A stretch of 51,330 bases of DNA from Candidatus Troglogloeales bacterium. Its GTDB lineage: Bacteria; Nitrospirota; Nitrospiria; SBBL01; SBBT01. Location of the stretch: contig SBBT01000043.1 of the NCBI GenBank assembly GCA_005239595.1, positions 1 through 51,330 on the forward strand, read 5' to 3'. The notes beneath the pieces were generated by a model that saw nothing but the letters and a program-made list of their open reading frames with translations, was not told where the DNA came from and ran no database searches. Shown in pieces: positions 1 through 10,551 of the stretch (its first letter is position 1; every line of letters begins with the position of its first letter). The position numbers and the translations under genes are program-made.

Positions 1-102
1 CGGTTTAAATCTTTGGTTGGTTGCCGATAACCTTCGAAAAGGGGCCGCCCTCAGTTCAGTTGGACCTGTAGCGATTAACCCAACCTGCGGCAATTTTCTT
101 TA

Positions 103-1659
103 TTATTCGATCAGCTTGATTTTCGTTCCGGTCTTTCTCTGCTGATCTGTTCGGGAGGTAAGTTTATTTAATGCATTAAGATACGCCCGTACAGAGGCGA
201 TAATAATATCGGTGTCCGCTCCATGTCCTGTCACGGTCTTATCCTCTTCCTGGATCGTTACCGTTACTTCTCCAAGTGCATCTGTTCCACCCGTAATGGC
301 CTTAACAACATATGATGACAATCGGCTTTTTGTCTTGGTCATCGATGCAATCGTTCGATAAGCGGCATCGACCGGCCCGTCTCCCCGCCCCATTGCTTTA
401 GCAGAAGCCCCGTTCATCAAGAGCTCAACCGTAGCAGTAGGAATGATCGAAGTTCCGCTTTCGACATGGATTGAGATAAGTTGGTATTTCTCTATCGCGC
501 GATCTATTTCTTCCGAGATGACCGCCTCCAGATCCTCCTTGAATATTTCTTTTTTCTGATCGGCCAGATGTTTCATGCGCTCAAATGCCTTATTAAGACT
601 CTCATCGCTTAATTGATATCCCATCTCTTCCAGCTTTTCTTTAAAAGCATGCCGACCCGAATGTTTTCCAAGAACAATATGGGTCTTTCCCGCCCCAACC
701 GATTCGGGCCTCATAATTTCGTACGTCATCTTCTCTTTCAGCAATCCGTCCTGGTGGATGCCGGATTCATGAGAGAAGGCATTAGCGCCCACAACCGCCT
801 TATTCGGCTGCACCACCATTCCGGTGATATTGCTCACCAACCGGCTTGTCTTCATGATCTCTTCGCTTATAATTCTTGTGTCAGCGCAAAATACATCTTT
901 TCGCGTCCGCAATGTCATCACGATTTCTTCAAGGGCGGCATTGCCAGCCCGCTCCCCGATTCCATTGATCGTGCACTCTACCTGGCTCGCACCCGCAAGC
1001 ACGGCGCTAAGGGAATTTGCCACGGCCAAGCCAAGATCATTGTGGCAATGCATCGAAATCGCCGCCTGACGTATATTCGGAACCCGCTTTCTTATCGTCC
1101 GAATCAACTGTCCAAATTTTTCAGGAGTGCTATAGCCAACGGTATCAGGAATATTCACCGTAGAAGCCCCCGCCGTAATCACCGCCTCTAGGACCTCACA
1201 GAGATAGGTTTCATCTGATCGGGTCGCATCCATGGGCGAGAACTCAACATCATCCACATATCCCCTGGCATGTTGCACCATGTCCACCGCACGTTTTAAG
1301 GCCTCATCGCGTGTTAAGCGAAACTGGTGTTTCAAATGGATATCCGACGTGGATATAAATGTGTGAATCCGAATCTTTGGCCCCCCCTGCAGGGCCTCCC
1401 AAGCGCGGTCGATATCGGAAGGTTTCGCCCGTGCAAGACTGCAGATAATCGGCCCCTCTACCTCTTGCGCAATAGTTCGAATGGCATTAAAATCCCCGGG
1501 AGAGCTGAACGCAAAACCGGCCTCGATAATGTCAACCCCCATTCGGGATAATTGCCTTGCAATAGAAAGCTTTTCCTCTCCATTCATGGTCGCACCGGGA
1601 GATTGTTCTCCATCACGAAGCGTCGTATCAAAGATTTTTATCATCCTGGTTTTCATCAT
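103..1659 (-). CDS. leuA: 2-isopropylmalate synthase
   Basis: 518-aa ORF. It has [16 protein letters not shown] and [14 protein letters not shown] motifs of the LeuA/HMGL-like family plus a long C-terminal regulatory region. The exact Met start among the first 6 codons is uncertain. Confidence 0.92.
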   Translation of the reverse strand: MMKTRMIKIFDTTLRDGEQSPGATMNGEEKLSIARQLSRMGVDIIEAGFAFSSPGDFNAIRTIAQEVEGPIICSLARAKPSDIDRAWEALQGGPKIRIHTFISTSDIHLKHQFRLTRDEALKRAVDMVQHARGYVDDVEFSPMDATRSDETYLCEVLEAVITAGASTVNIPDTVGYSTPEKFGQLIRTIRKRVPNIRQAAISMHCHNDLGLAVANSLSAVLAGASQVECTINGIGERAGNAALEEIVMTLRTRKDVFCADTRIISEEIMKTSRLVSNITGMVVQPNKAVVGANAFSHESGIHQDGLLKEKMTYEIMRPESVGAGKTHIVLGKHSGRHAFKEKLEEMGYQLSDESLNKAFERMKHLADQKKEIFKEDLEAVISEEIDRAIEKYQLISIHVESGTSIIPTATVELLMNGASAKAMGRGDGPVDAAYRTIASMTKTKSRLSSYVVKAITGGTDALGEVTVTIQEEDKTVTGHGADTDIIIASVRAYLNALNKLTSRTDQQRKTGTKIKLIE

Positions 1660-1752
1660 CTTTTATCTTTAATTAAGGAGTAAGAACGAAACCTATAAAT
1701 GTTCCCTTACGTTAGTGGGAAAATAACGCTTATACTTATTCTATGGAAATAA

Positions 1753-2577
1753 CTACTCTTGTTTGACAGTAATCTCTTTGTCTTGAATATCTTCAACATC
1801 GTCAACTTCATGGACCATCTCGCTCGGTTTTTTGTTAAACCGTTGATGGAGCATTTTTACCGGTCGTTCAACAAGACCGGAGACGACATAAAGGGCAAAG
1901 AGGGTAAAGAGCATCACTTGAGGTGAATTAATGAAGACCAATGAAAGGAGAACCAGACAGACTAAAACGCCAAACGGTTTTCTATTCCTTAGATTAAAAC
2001 TCTTTAAACTGCGGTATCGGATGGTGCTGACCATTAAAAAGGCCAGCACGTACGTTATCGCCAGAATGAGGGAGGGAAGGATTTCTCTTCCAAAGTGGAG
2101 GATATAACTGTCCAACATCACCAACGTGGCAATAAAACTTGCTGCCGCGGGGATAGGAAGTCCGACAAAATCCCTGCTTTCCACGTCTGATATTTGGACA
2201 TTGTATCGTGCAAGACGTAACGCCCCACAAACAATATAGAGGAAGACTGCCACCCAACCCAGACGACCATAGGGACCCAGAGCCCATGAATAGGCAAGCA
2301 GACCAGGGGCCACCCCAAATGAAACCAAATCTGCCAGGGAATCATACTCGACACCAAATTTGCTGGTTGTCCTTGTCAAGCGGGCAAGTTTCCCGTCAAG
2401 CGTGTCAAATATAGAGGCGAATAAAATAGCAACGGCCGCCTTAGAAAACTCGGCATTAAAAACTGCAATCACTGCAAAAACACCACAGAAGAGATTCCCG
2501 CTTGTAAACAAATTCGGGATAATATAAACCCCTTTCCTGCGAAATTCCCTTATGCGATACTCTCTCTTCTTATTCAT
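1753..2577 (-). CDS. pssA: CDP-diacylglycerol--serine O-phosphatidyltransferase
   Basis: 274-aa multi-TM ORF with the CDP-alcohol phosphotransferase motif (DTLDGKLARL...GVEYDSLADLVSFG). It overlaps the psd stop by 4 nt. Confidence 0.85.
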   Translation of the reverse strand: MNKKREYRIREFRRKGVYIIPNLFTSGNLFCGVFAVIAVFNAEFSKAAVAILFASIFDTLDGKLARLTRTTSKFGVEYDSLADLVSFGVAPGLLAYSWALGPYGRLGWVAVFLYIVCGALRLARYNVQISDVESRDFVGLPIPAAASFIATLVMLDSYILHFGREILPSLILAITYVLAFLMVSTIRYRSLKSFNLRNRKPFGVLVCLVLLSLVFINSPQVMLFTLFALYVVSGLVERPVKMLHQRFNKKPSEMVHEVDDVEDIQDKEITVKQE

Positions 2578-3218
2578 TTTAAAAATCCGACGATCGTTTT
2601 TCCCCCAACCACCTTATCTCCCTTTGAAATTCGGATTTCAGACTCCAGCGGTAGGAAAAGGTCCACACGCGATCCGAAACGGATCAGGCCAAATCGCTCT
2701 CCATGGCAAAGGGACTCCCCCTCTTTTATCCAACAGACGATACGCCTCGCAATAAACCCGGCGATTTGGATACAGACAATGCGCTTCCCGGCGCCTGTCT
2801 CCAAAACCACCGCATTTTGTTCATTCTCCAATGAAGCCTTTGGCACATTGGCGACAAAGAAACGGCCGGAGTTATAAAAAATACCGGCAACCTTTCCAGC
2901 GACGGGAATGCGATTAATATGCACATTAAAAACATTCAAGAATATGCTGATCTTGACCGCAGAACTTTTAAGAAATCGATCTTCGTAGACCCTGGAAATG
3001 TCCACAACGGTCCCATCTCCTGGTGAGACCAAGAGTCCCTCTCCTTCCGGAGGAGTTCGCCTTGGATCTCTGAAAAAATACACACAAAAAAGTGTCAGAA
3101 GGCCTAAAAAGATGCCAAGGTTTAAGCTGAGGATTCCTCCAACTAGGGTGAGGATCATGCCGATCCCGATAAAAATAAAACCCTCTTTTGCGATCAGAAA
3201 CTGTGTTTCCTGTTTCAT
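2574..3218 (-). CDS. psd: Phosphatidylserine decarboxylase (short, Asd-like type)
   Basis: 214-aa ORF with two N-terminal TM helices, FLNVFNVHINRIPVAGKV, and FGSRVD, a Gly-Ser self-cleavage site typical of pyruvoyl Psd proenzymes. Confidence 0.85.
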   Translation of the reverse strand: MKQETQFLIAKEGFIFIGIGMILTLVGGILSLNLGIFLGLLTLFCVYFFRDPRRTPPEGEGLLVSPGDGTVVDISRVYEDRFLKSSAVKISIFLNVFNVHINRIPVAGKVAGIFYNSGRFFVANVPKASLENEQNAVVLETGAGKRIVCIQIAGFIARRIVCWIKEGESLCHGERFGLIRFGSRVDLFLPLESEIRISKGDKVVGGKTIVGFLK

Positions 3219-3311
3219 AATACGCAGTCCTTATCTAGTCTCATATTCCAGCGTCTACCATCATTAAACATCATATACGGATCAAGTCCTAAGTTAGTCA
3301 TGACTCATTCG

Positions 3312-3683
3312 CTATTCTAAAGCCAGATCGCCATCTTCTATATTATAACCCTCTATTACATAGATTTCCGAATTATGGTCCACATCTTCTCGATCGTCCA
3401 GCTCGTATAGATCGTAGTAGTCGACTATCGAATCGTGAGCGATATTTCTATTCCTTGCACTTTGTTTGGCGTACCAGGTTTCAAAATCCTTTTCAACCTG
3501 TTCATAGAGGTTTGCGGGGTCGCTCAGTTCTATTTTTTCTTTTTCTATCTTTTTTAGGTCATGGTCTAGCAAGTAATCGCCTTTAAAGTTTCCCTCATCG
3601 GCAACCGCCCCCCCCCACCATAAAAATGTCACTATCATGACCACTGTTCTTATCATACCCATTTTACATCCCTCATCACCCAC
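3312..3683 (-). CDS. Hypothetical secreted acidic protein
   Basis: 123-aa ORF with a hydrophobic signal-like N-terminus (MIRTVVMIVTFLWWGGAVA) and an Asp/Glu-rich remainder. It matches no family I recognise. The start may be Met8 or Met10. Confidence 0.5.
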   Translation of the reverse strand: MGDEGCKMGMIRTVVMIVTFLWWGGAVADEGNFKGDYLLDHDLKKIEKEKIELSDPANLYEQVEKDFETWYAKQSARNRNIAHDSIVDYYDLYELDDREDVDHNSEIYVIEGYNIEDGDLALE

Positions 3684-3733
3684 CTAGAGCTGCCGCAAAA
3701 CAGCGCCTGACATGCTCTCCATGCTGGAAAAGA

Positions 3734-4759
<1,026 letters not shown>

Positions 4760-4779
4760 TCATATAAGTTTGATAAACC

Positions 4780-5301
4780 CTACGTCGATATCACCTTTCT
4801 TTCTTCTCTGGCCACGTCTGTTTTGATCTCTTCGCAGGAAATCGCAATCGGCCCGGTCCGAATTAAATCCTTAATTCCCAAGGGCCGTAACAGATTGATA
4901 ACTGCATCAATTTTCTTAACGTCACCCGTTATTTCAATAGTATAGGTGTTGGCCGTTGAGTGAATAATTTTGGCCCGAAAAATATCAACCACTCGCAACG
5001 CCTCTGCCCGATCCTTTGCGCGTGCATTTACCCGGATTAAAGCCGTCTCCCGTTCCACATACTCGTTTTCTGTCAAATCAATCACCTTAATGACATCCAC
5101 CAGTTTGTTTAGTTGTTTTGTGATCTGCTCAATAATACGGTCGTCTCCCACCGTTACAATGGTCATCATCGACACTGTCGGATCAAGTGTGGGCCCCACG
5201 CAGAGGCTCTCAATATTAAATCCCCTACCGGAAAAAAGGCCTGATATACGGGACAGGACGCCCGATTTATTTTCAACAAGAACTGATATGATATGTTGCA
5301 T
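4780..5301 (-). CDS. ilvN: Acetolactate synthase small (regulatory) subunit
   Basis: 173-aa ORF with an ACT-domain N-terminus (ISVLVENKSGVLSRISGLFSGRGFNIESL), lying directly downstream of ilvB. Confidence 0.92.
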   Translation of the reverse strand: MQHIISVLVENKSGVLSRISGLFSGRGFNIESLCVGPTLDPTVSMMTIVTVGDDRIIEQITKQLNKLVDVIKVIDLTENEYVERETALIRVNARAKDRAEALRVVDIFRAKIIHSTANTYTIEITGDVKKIDAVINLLRPLGIKDLIRTGPIAISCEEIKTDVAREERKVIST

Positions 5302-5328
5302 CTGGAGAATGGTACGATGAAGAGAACC

Positions 5329-7077
5329 CTAGGCTGTCAATACGGTGTCTACCTTCTCTTCTGCGTTATCTTTAGACGATTTCTCAGGGTCGGCGAACAC
5401 CATCTCATTATGGGCCGCGCCGGCCGGAATCATGGGATAGCAGTTTTCTTCCTCATCCACCTGAAAATCGATGAGAACCGGTTTGTCAACCGACAACGCT
5501 TCTCGAATCACGTCAGGCACTTCCTGAATTTCGGTTGCCCGAAGGCCTACTGCTCCAAAAGCCTCGGCCAGTTTCACAAAATCTGGAGAATCCCCCATAT
5601 AGCTGGAAGAATACCGACCGTTATAAAAAAGCTGTTGCCATTGGCGAACCATCCCTAAATACTTATTGTTGAGAATTGCTACCTTGACCGGCAGGCGATA
5701 TTGAACCGCAGTCGCCAATTCTTGAATGTTCATGATGATGCTTCCATCTCCAGAAATGCAGACAACCAACTCATTGGGGTAGGCCTTTTGCACGCCAATT
5801 GCAGCAGGGAAGCCATATCCCATCGTCCCAAGTCCACCTGAATTTATAAACGTCCGCGGGCGGACAAACTTATAAAATTGAGCTGCCCACATCTGATGTT
5901 GTCCTACGTCGGTGGTAACGATTGCATTTCCACGGGTTATCTCATATATTTTCTCAATAACATATTGAGGCTTGATAATTCTTTCTCCCTGCTTGTAAGC
6001 CAACGGATGCTCCATTTTCCATGATTCGATTTGCGTCCACCATTCTTGGCAAGACGCAAAATTTCCGTTGCCGGACGACTTTAGAATTTGATTTAGATCT
6101 TTGAGGATCAATTTCGCATCTCCGACAATGGGGATATGGACAGAGATATTTTTATGAATCGAGGTCGGATCGATGTCAATGTGGATAATCTTCGCGTGCG
6201 GGGCGAAGGCATCCAGTTTTCCCGTAACACGGTCATCAAACCGGGCGCCAATGGCCACAATCAGATCGGCCCTATTCATGCCCATGTTGGCCCAGTACGT
6301 GCCGTGCATGCCCAGCATTCCCAAACAAAGGGGATGGGTGCCTGGAAAAGCACCCAGACCCATTACCGTTAACGTCACGGGAGATTTTGTCATCTCTGCT
6401 AATTCCAGAAGTTCCGGAGAAGCATCCGATGCCAAGACCCCTCCTCCTGCATAAATGATCGGCCGGGTCGCCTTCATGATTTCCTGGGCTGCCTGTTTGA
6501 TCTGCCACTTGTTCCCTTTATAAACGGGAGAATAACTTCGTATATAAACATGCTCGGGATAGGTAAACTCGGTTTTAGCTAGTGCCACATCCTTTGGGAG
6601 ATCAATCAAAACCGGCCCAGGCCTACCAGACGAGGCGATATAAAAGGCTTCCTTTATCACCTGGGCAAGGTCATTAACATCCTTAACTAAAGTATTGTAC
6701 TTGGTGCAGGGACGGGTAATTCCTACCACATCCGCCTCTTGGAAGGCGTCATTGCCAATCAGTTTTGTCGGGACTTGACCGGTGATCACCACCAACGGTG
6801 TCGAATCCATATAGGCGTTCACAATAGCCGTCACCGTGTTTGTTGCACCCGGACCCGATGTAACCAGAACAACACCCGGTTTTCCGGTTGCCCTGGCATA
6901 TCCCTCGGCCATGTGGGTACCCCCTTGTTCATGCCGACAAAAAACAAAGTCGATCTCTTTTTCATCATAGAGTACATCAAAGACAGGAAGATTCACTCCA
7001 CCGGGATAACCAAAAATAACCTTAACCCCTTCCCGTTTAAGAGACTCAATTAGAATCTGTGATCCGGATAACTTAAT
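5329..7077 (-). CDS. ilvB: Acetolactate synthase large subunit; start inferred at a non-canonical ATT
   Basis: ThDP-enzyme motifs are present (GYARATGKPGVVLVTSGPGATN; GGLGTMGYGFPAAIG; SGDGS). The conserved N-terminus ILIESLKREGVKVIFGYPGG lies upstream of the GTG at 6996 used by the ORF track. No ATG, GTG or TTG occurs before the in-frame stop at 7090-7092. The ATT at 7077-7075 sits 6 nt after GGAGGG. Confidence 0.88.
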   Translation of the reverse strand: MKLSGSQILIESLKREGVKVIFGYPGGVNLPVFDVLYDEKEIDFVFCRHEQGGTHMAEGYARATGKPGVVLVTSGPGATNTVTAIVNAYMDSTPLVVITGQVPTKLIGNDAFQEADVVGITRPCTKYNTLVKDVNDLAQVIKEAFYIASSGRPGPVLIDLPKDVALAKTEFTYPEHVYIRSYSPVYKGNKWQIKQAAQEIMKATRPIIYAGGGVLASDASPELLELAEMTKSPVTLTVMGLGAFPGTHPLCLGMLGMHGTYWANMGMNRADLIVAIGARFDDRVTGKLDAFAPHAKIIHIDIDPTSIHKNISVHIPIVGDAKLILKDLNQILKSSGNGNFASCQEWWTQIESWKMEHPLAYKQGERIIKPQYVIEKIYEITRGNAIVTTDVGQHQMWAAQFYKFVRPRTFINSGGLGTMGYGFPAAIGVQKAYPNELVVCISGDGSIIMNIQELATAVQYRLPVKVAILNNKYLGMVRQWQQLFYNGRYSSSYMGDSPDFVKLAEAFGAVGLRATEIQEVPDVIREALSVDKPVLIDFQVDEEENCYPMIPAGAAHNEMVFADPEKSSKDNAEEKVDTVLTA

Positions 7078-7089
7078 TTTAATCCCTCC

Positions 7090-7485
7090 TTACCCTTCGT
7101 ATTCTTGGCCACGGGCCTCCAGGCACCAAAGCAGGCCTAAAAGCGTGATGGCCCCCACAATTTTATTCCCCTCGACGATAACAACAACACGGCATCCCCG
7201 AATCTTCATAAGGGAATTGGCATCTTCCATCGACTGATTACTCTCAATGGTCGGCGCAGGAGTACTCATGAATGCCCGCGTTTTTGTGGCGTTCAAATCA
7301 ACCTTTTCAGGAATCGCACGTCGGACAATATCTTCTTCCGTTAGAACCCCAACAGGCTTTCCCTGATCTTCAATCACAAGATAACTGCTCCGATGCTGGC
7401 GCATCAATTGGCAAGCCTCGGACAACGTTGCATCCAAACGCGCCACACCTACATTAGGGGTCATAAATTTCGTTAATTCCGACAT
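7090..7485 (-). CDS. CBS-domain pair protein
   Basis: 131-aa ORF with two CBS-like repeats (MTPNVGVARLDATLSEACQLM...YLVIEDQGKPVGVLTEEDIVRR; FMSTPAPTIES...VVVIVEGNKIVGAIT). It lies immediately upstream of ilvB. Confidence 0.8.
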   Translation of the reverse strand: MSELTKFMTPNVGVARLDATLSEACQLMRQHRSSYLVIEDQGKPVGVLTEEDIVRRAIPEKVDLNATKTRAFMSTPAPTIESNQSMEDANSLMKIRGCRVVVIVEGNKIVGAITLLGLLWCLEARGQEYEG

Positions 7486-7721
7486 AGATTTCCTCTTATC
7501 CTACAAGTCTATATAAAGCTACCTATCTTTCTAATTTTTAGCACAACCCTCCCACTAGAGTCAAATACCACCCTAAACCAGAGGGTGAGGTGTAAAAAAG
7601 TGTGAACGCCCTCTTGAAGAATGGGTTTCGAGTAAAGAAAATACTCACTTACAAAGTGAAACTTTATTAAACAGGAGGGCCAATAAGGATGGTACGACAG
7701 GATAAAATAGGGGTTTGTTGA

Positions 7722-8786
7722 TCAGCAGGTTTCTACATTTTCTAAGGGGGCCATTTTACTACTGAGCTGGCCGCAGGCGGCCAGGATATCGCGCCCCTTG
7801 CTTTTCCGGATCGTCGCGGTAAGGCCCCCTTCGTGAAGGATTTTTTGAAAATGGAGCACCTGTTCTTCCGACGGGGCGTGGTAGGATGCAGATGGAAACT
7901 CATTGAATCTAATCAGGTTGATTTTGCATCGGATTCCCCTTGTCAGCCTGATCAAACGGCCGGCATCAGCGGCAGAGTCGTTCAGACCGGAAAGAAGGAC
8001 ATACTCAAATGTAATTCGGCGGCGCGATGTGGGGGAGAACTCCCTGCATGCGGTCAGTAAGGTTTCCAACGGGTAGAGCCGGTTGACTGCCGGCATAATC
8101 CTGTCTCGAACCTCGTTGGTGGTTGCATTCAGCGAGACGGAGAGATTCACCGGAATCGCCATCTCCCAAAACTTTTTCATCTGGGGAACAAGCCCTGCGG
8201 TTGAAAGCGTAATTCTTCTCGGCGAGATTCCCAATCCGGTCGGACTGGTTATTCTCCCTAGCGCCTCTGCGACATGGGACAGGTTTGCCATCGGCTCTCC
8301 CATGCCCATTATAACCACGTTGGTAATGCGCTCTCCCTCTGGAAGCATTCTTTTGAGTACGAGAATCTGGTCAACGATTTCATAGGGCTTTAGGTTCCGT
8401 TTGAATTTCTCCTGCGCAGTGAGACAGAAACCGCAGTCGAGGGTACATCCGGCTTGCGAAGAAAGACAAATGGTACGTCTATCTCCATCGGGTATTAAGA
8501 CGGTCTCGATTCGGTTTTCATCTTCCGCTTCCAGCAGAAACTTTTTTGTCCCGTCGACCGATTCTTGGGCGTGGGCGATCTGAAGATGGCGCAGCGTCGC
8601 CACCTCGGCCAACCGAATGCGGTCTGGTTTGGAGAGGTCGGTCATCTCGCCGACATCGTCGACCTGGCGTTGGTATATCCAGGCCAAAATTTGCCGAACC
8701 CGGTATGGCTTCCAGCCAAGTGCCGCAACAAAGGTCTCCATCTCCTGGAAGGAAAGTGCGATCAGGTTTTTCTTCAGGGAAGCCAC
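7722..8786 (-). CDS. rlmN: 23S rRNA/tRNA (adenine-C2)-methyltransferase, radical SAM
   Basis: 354-aa ORF with the radical-SAM cluster motif CTLDCGFC, GMGEPMAN and a C-terminal AACGQL. GTG start preceded by AAGGTGA. Confidence 0.92.
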   Translation of the reverse strand: MASLKKNLIALSFQEMETFVAALGWKPYRVRQILAWIYQRQVDDVGEMTDLSKPDRIRLAEVATLRHLQIAHAQESVDGTKKFLLEAEDENRIETVLIPDGDRRTICLSSQAGCTLDCGFCLTAQEKFKRNLKPYEIVDQILVLKRMLPEGERITNVVIMGMGEPMANLSHVAEALGRITSPTGLGISPRRITLSTAGLVPQMKKFWEMAIPVNLSVSLNATTNEVRDRIMPAVNRLYPLETLLTACREFSPTSRRRITFEYVLLSGLNDSAADAGRLIRLTRGIRCKINLIRFNEFPSASYHAPSEEQVLHFQKILHEGGLTATIRKSKGRDILAACGQLSSKMAPLENVETC

Positions 8787-8993
8787 CTTGCATCACCTTA
8801 ATACAATTATGTCAATCTTTAATAAACCTGCTCTCGATGACATTCTGTGAAGTAGAGCGGGCCTCCTGCATCTAAAGCAAGCATCGGATAGCGTATGCCC
8901 CTGCCGGGCCCAACCGTATTCATCCCATCCAAGAGGGAGTATCGGCTGCGAAGGTGCAGGTGGACAAAGCAGAACACGACAAGATTGTAATGT

Positions 8994-9351
8994 TTAGGGG
9001 GGATTCGGGTCAAGCCGACGCATTGTCCTGCACCTTTGAGGGGTATGAGACCTTTCTTTGTGTGTGCCGATGGCAAGCATCGCTTTGTCGTCTGTTACAA
9101 TGACATCGGACGTACCCGAAAGCGCACACTCCAAAACCCGGTTGCATGGATCGTCTTTCAATATCGTTAACTTTTTTCCCGATTTCACCCTCCAACACAA
9201 TCGCAGGAGCGGTCCGCCCTCCTTTGAGTTGTTCGTCCACCTCTCTGAAATGATCAAAAGCCAATCGGATTTCTTTGCCCTTCCAAAGGCGCAGTTTTTT
9301 AAAAATAGCGTGACACGGGAAGGAGGCATCGAAAGCTTCTTTTCCGATCAC
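8994..9351 (-). pseudogene. Frameshifted remnant of a PIN-family toxin gene (TIGR00305-like)
   Basis: Similarity is spread over three overlapping minus-strand frames (9010..9351, 8994..9329, 8819..9076). The clearest segment, KDDPCNRVLECALSGTSDVIVTDDKAMLAIG, resembles the C-terminal acidic PIN motif (D-DD-FLE-A----AD-IVTGD-DLL). No intact N-terminal Asp strand was seen. Confidence 0.5.
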
Positions 9352-9531
9352 CTATTGGAAGAATAGCCATCAGCGGGAACGATGGGTCGCCACGGTCTTG
9401 CTTGAGATTGAACCCACTCTCAGGAAAATACAGCGCTATCGGTTTCTACCGGCTTTACGAATCAATATGGAAAACTTCAACATAGAAAACAGAGAAGCAA
9501 ACGCAGCGTAGGTCCTATGCAAAGTTCAACT

Positions 9532-9559
9532 AAAAAAAGGATTGACTTCGTAAAGTCAA
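9532..9559 (-). terminator. Candidate rho-independent terminator (AT-rich stem)
   Basis: On the minus strand, TTGACTT-TACG-AAGTCAA (9559..9542) is followed by TCC and T7 (9538..9532). The stem is weak, with 7 mostly A/T base pairs. Confidence 0.35.
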
Positions 9560-9685
9560 ACAAATGAAATTAAACTTCCGAGTCTAAATAGGCCAGTAAA
9601 AACATTTAAAACCAAAGAGTTATTACAAAAAACCCCTCTCAATAGCGCTTCATTTTTTGAAAGAAGTCCAATACGATGGGTCTGC

Positions 9686-9742
9686 TAAAAACAAGAACGC
9701 ATCCGAGAGTATCTCACCTCTCCCAGATGCGTTCTCTGTTTT
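9686..9742. terminator. Bidirectional terminator-like hairpin downstream of the TPR gene
   Basis: GAACGCATC (9695-9703) pairs with GATGCGTTC (9726-9734), with an inner GAGAG/CTCTC pairing. It is flanked by TCTGTTTT on the plus strand and TTGTTTTT on the minus strand, about 50 nt past the stop at 9788. Confidence 0.45.
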
Positions 9743-9787
9743 AAGCAAGGGTTATATCTGTTTACAAACGATACATGCCGCCACAAA

Positions 9788-10273
9788 TTATGTAGGTGAT
9801 TGCCTTCCCTTGGCGGCCATGTATGCGGCCATCGCAAGGGGAAACAGCGATCCAATTAACGCCGCCATTCCAAATTCGGCAAACCCCCCTTTTTCAGCAT
9901 CGAGAATACCGGCATAATAACTTGCCTTGAGTTCAGATAGAATTTGCTCTCCTTCTCGATGTCCCGGCATACGGGTCAAAAACTGTTCAATGTAAGAGAG
10001 GGCTTCCTTTTTCTGACCCATTTCTGACGCTACAATGCCAGCATTAAAATAGGCGACCGACAGCGATGGGTCAATTTCAACAGCCATTTCAAAGCTTTTT
10101 AGGGCTGCACCCATATCATTCTCGTTATACAGGCTGATCCCTTGATCAACAAGCATCACCGCCATAGGCTCTCCACCTTCTTTGGCGGCCGTCATCATCG
10201 GTCCCGCCCCGTAGACATTTGGGACAACCAGAACAAACACCATCAGCCATATTCCACCCCAAGATTGTCTCAT
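9788..10273 (-). CDS. TPR-repeat protein with signal peptide and C-terminal hydrophobic segment
   Basis: The start is set at MRQSWGGIWLMVFVLVV, preceded by AAGGAGGGGAGG. TPR-like repeats are present (GISLYNENDMGAALKSFEMAVEIDP; AYFNAGIVASEMGQKKEALSYIEQ). Confidence 0.65.
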   Translation of the reverse strand: MRQSWGGIWLMVFVLVVPNVYGAGPMMTAAKEGGEPMAVMLVDQGISLYNENDMGAALKSFEMAVEIDPSLSVAYFNAGIVASEMGQKKEALSYIEQFLTRMPGHREGEQILSELKASYYAGILDAEKGGFAEFGMAALIGSLFPLAMAAYMAAKGRQSPT

Positions 10274-10551
10274 CCTCCCCTCCTTATTATTCCGTCGACC
10301 ACACACTCATCGATCAGCAAATCGAAGCACTGACGCCCTTTCTCTCCCCACACTTCCCCGCTACGGCAAAACTATCGCACACAAATCCCCTCACGAATCT
10401 CTTCCCCCTCCAATATTTCAGCAAAGTTAATGCCAGAATACAGATCACTACTTTGACGTATTATTTCAAACGGTTAGCAGAGAGTTAGATGAAGCAGGAC
10501 GTGGCATTTTGCCACAGTATGTAGAAAAAACAGGAAAGGGCTATACGAGTT

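Noticed and set aside
1660-1752. Possible leucine leader/attenuator or T-box upstream of leuA.
   Set aside because: The region is only 93 bp, with one weak 5-bp hairpin, no Leu-rich leader peptide and no T-box specifier/antiterminator features.
7075-7092. Programmed stop-codon read-through producing a CBS-IlvB fusion protein.
   Set aside because: This is possible because the frames coincide. However, a well-placed GGAGGG plus ATT explains independent initiation more simply. I see no read-through-promoting context that I can recognise. It is kept only as an alternative in the ilvB finding.
7534-7564. Possible promoter TTGACT-N18-TAAAAA, and two weak hairpins, in the 236-bp spacer between rlmN and the CBS-ilvB operon.
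   Set aside because: The -10 match is poor and lacks the invariant final T. The hairpins have AT-rich or short stems without clear T tracts. This is not strong enough to annotate.
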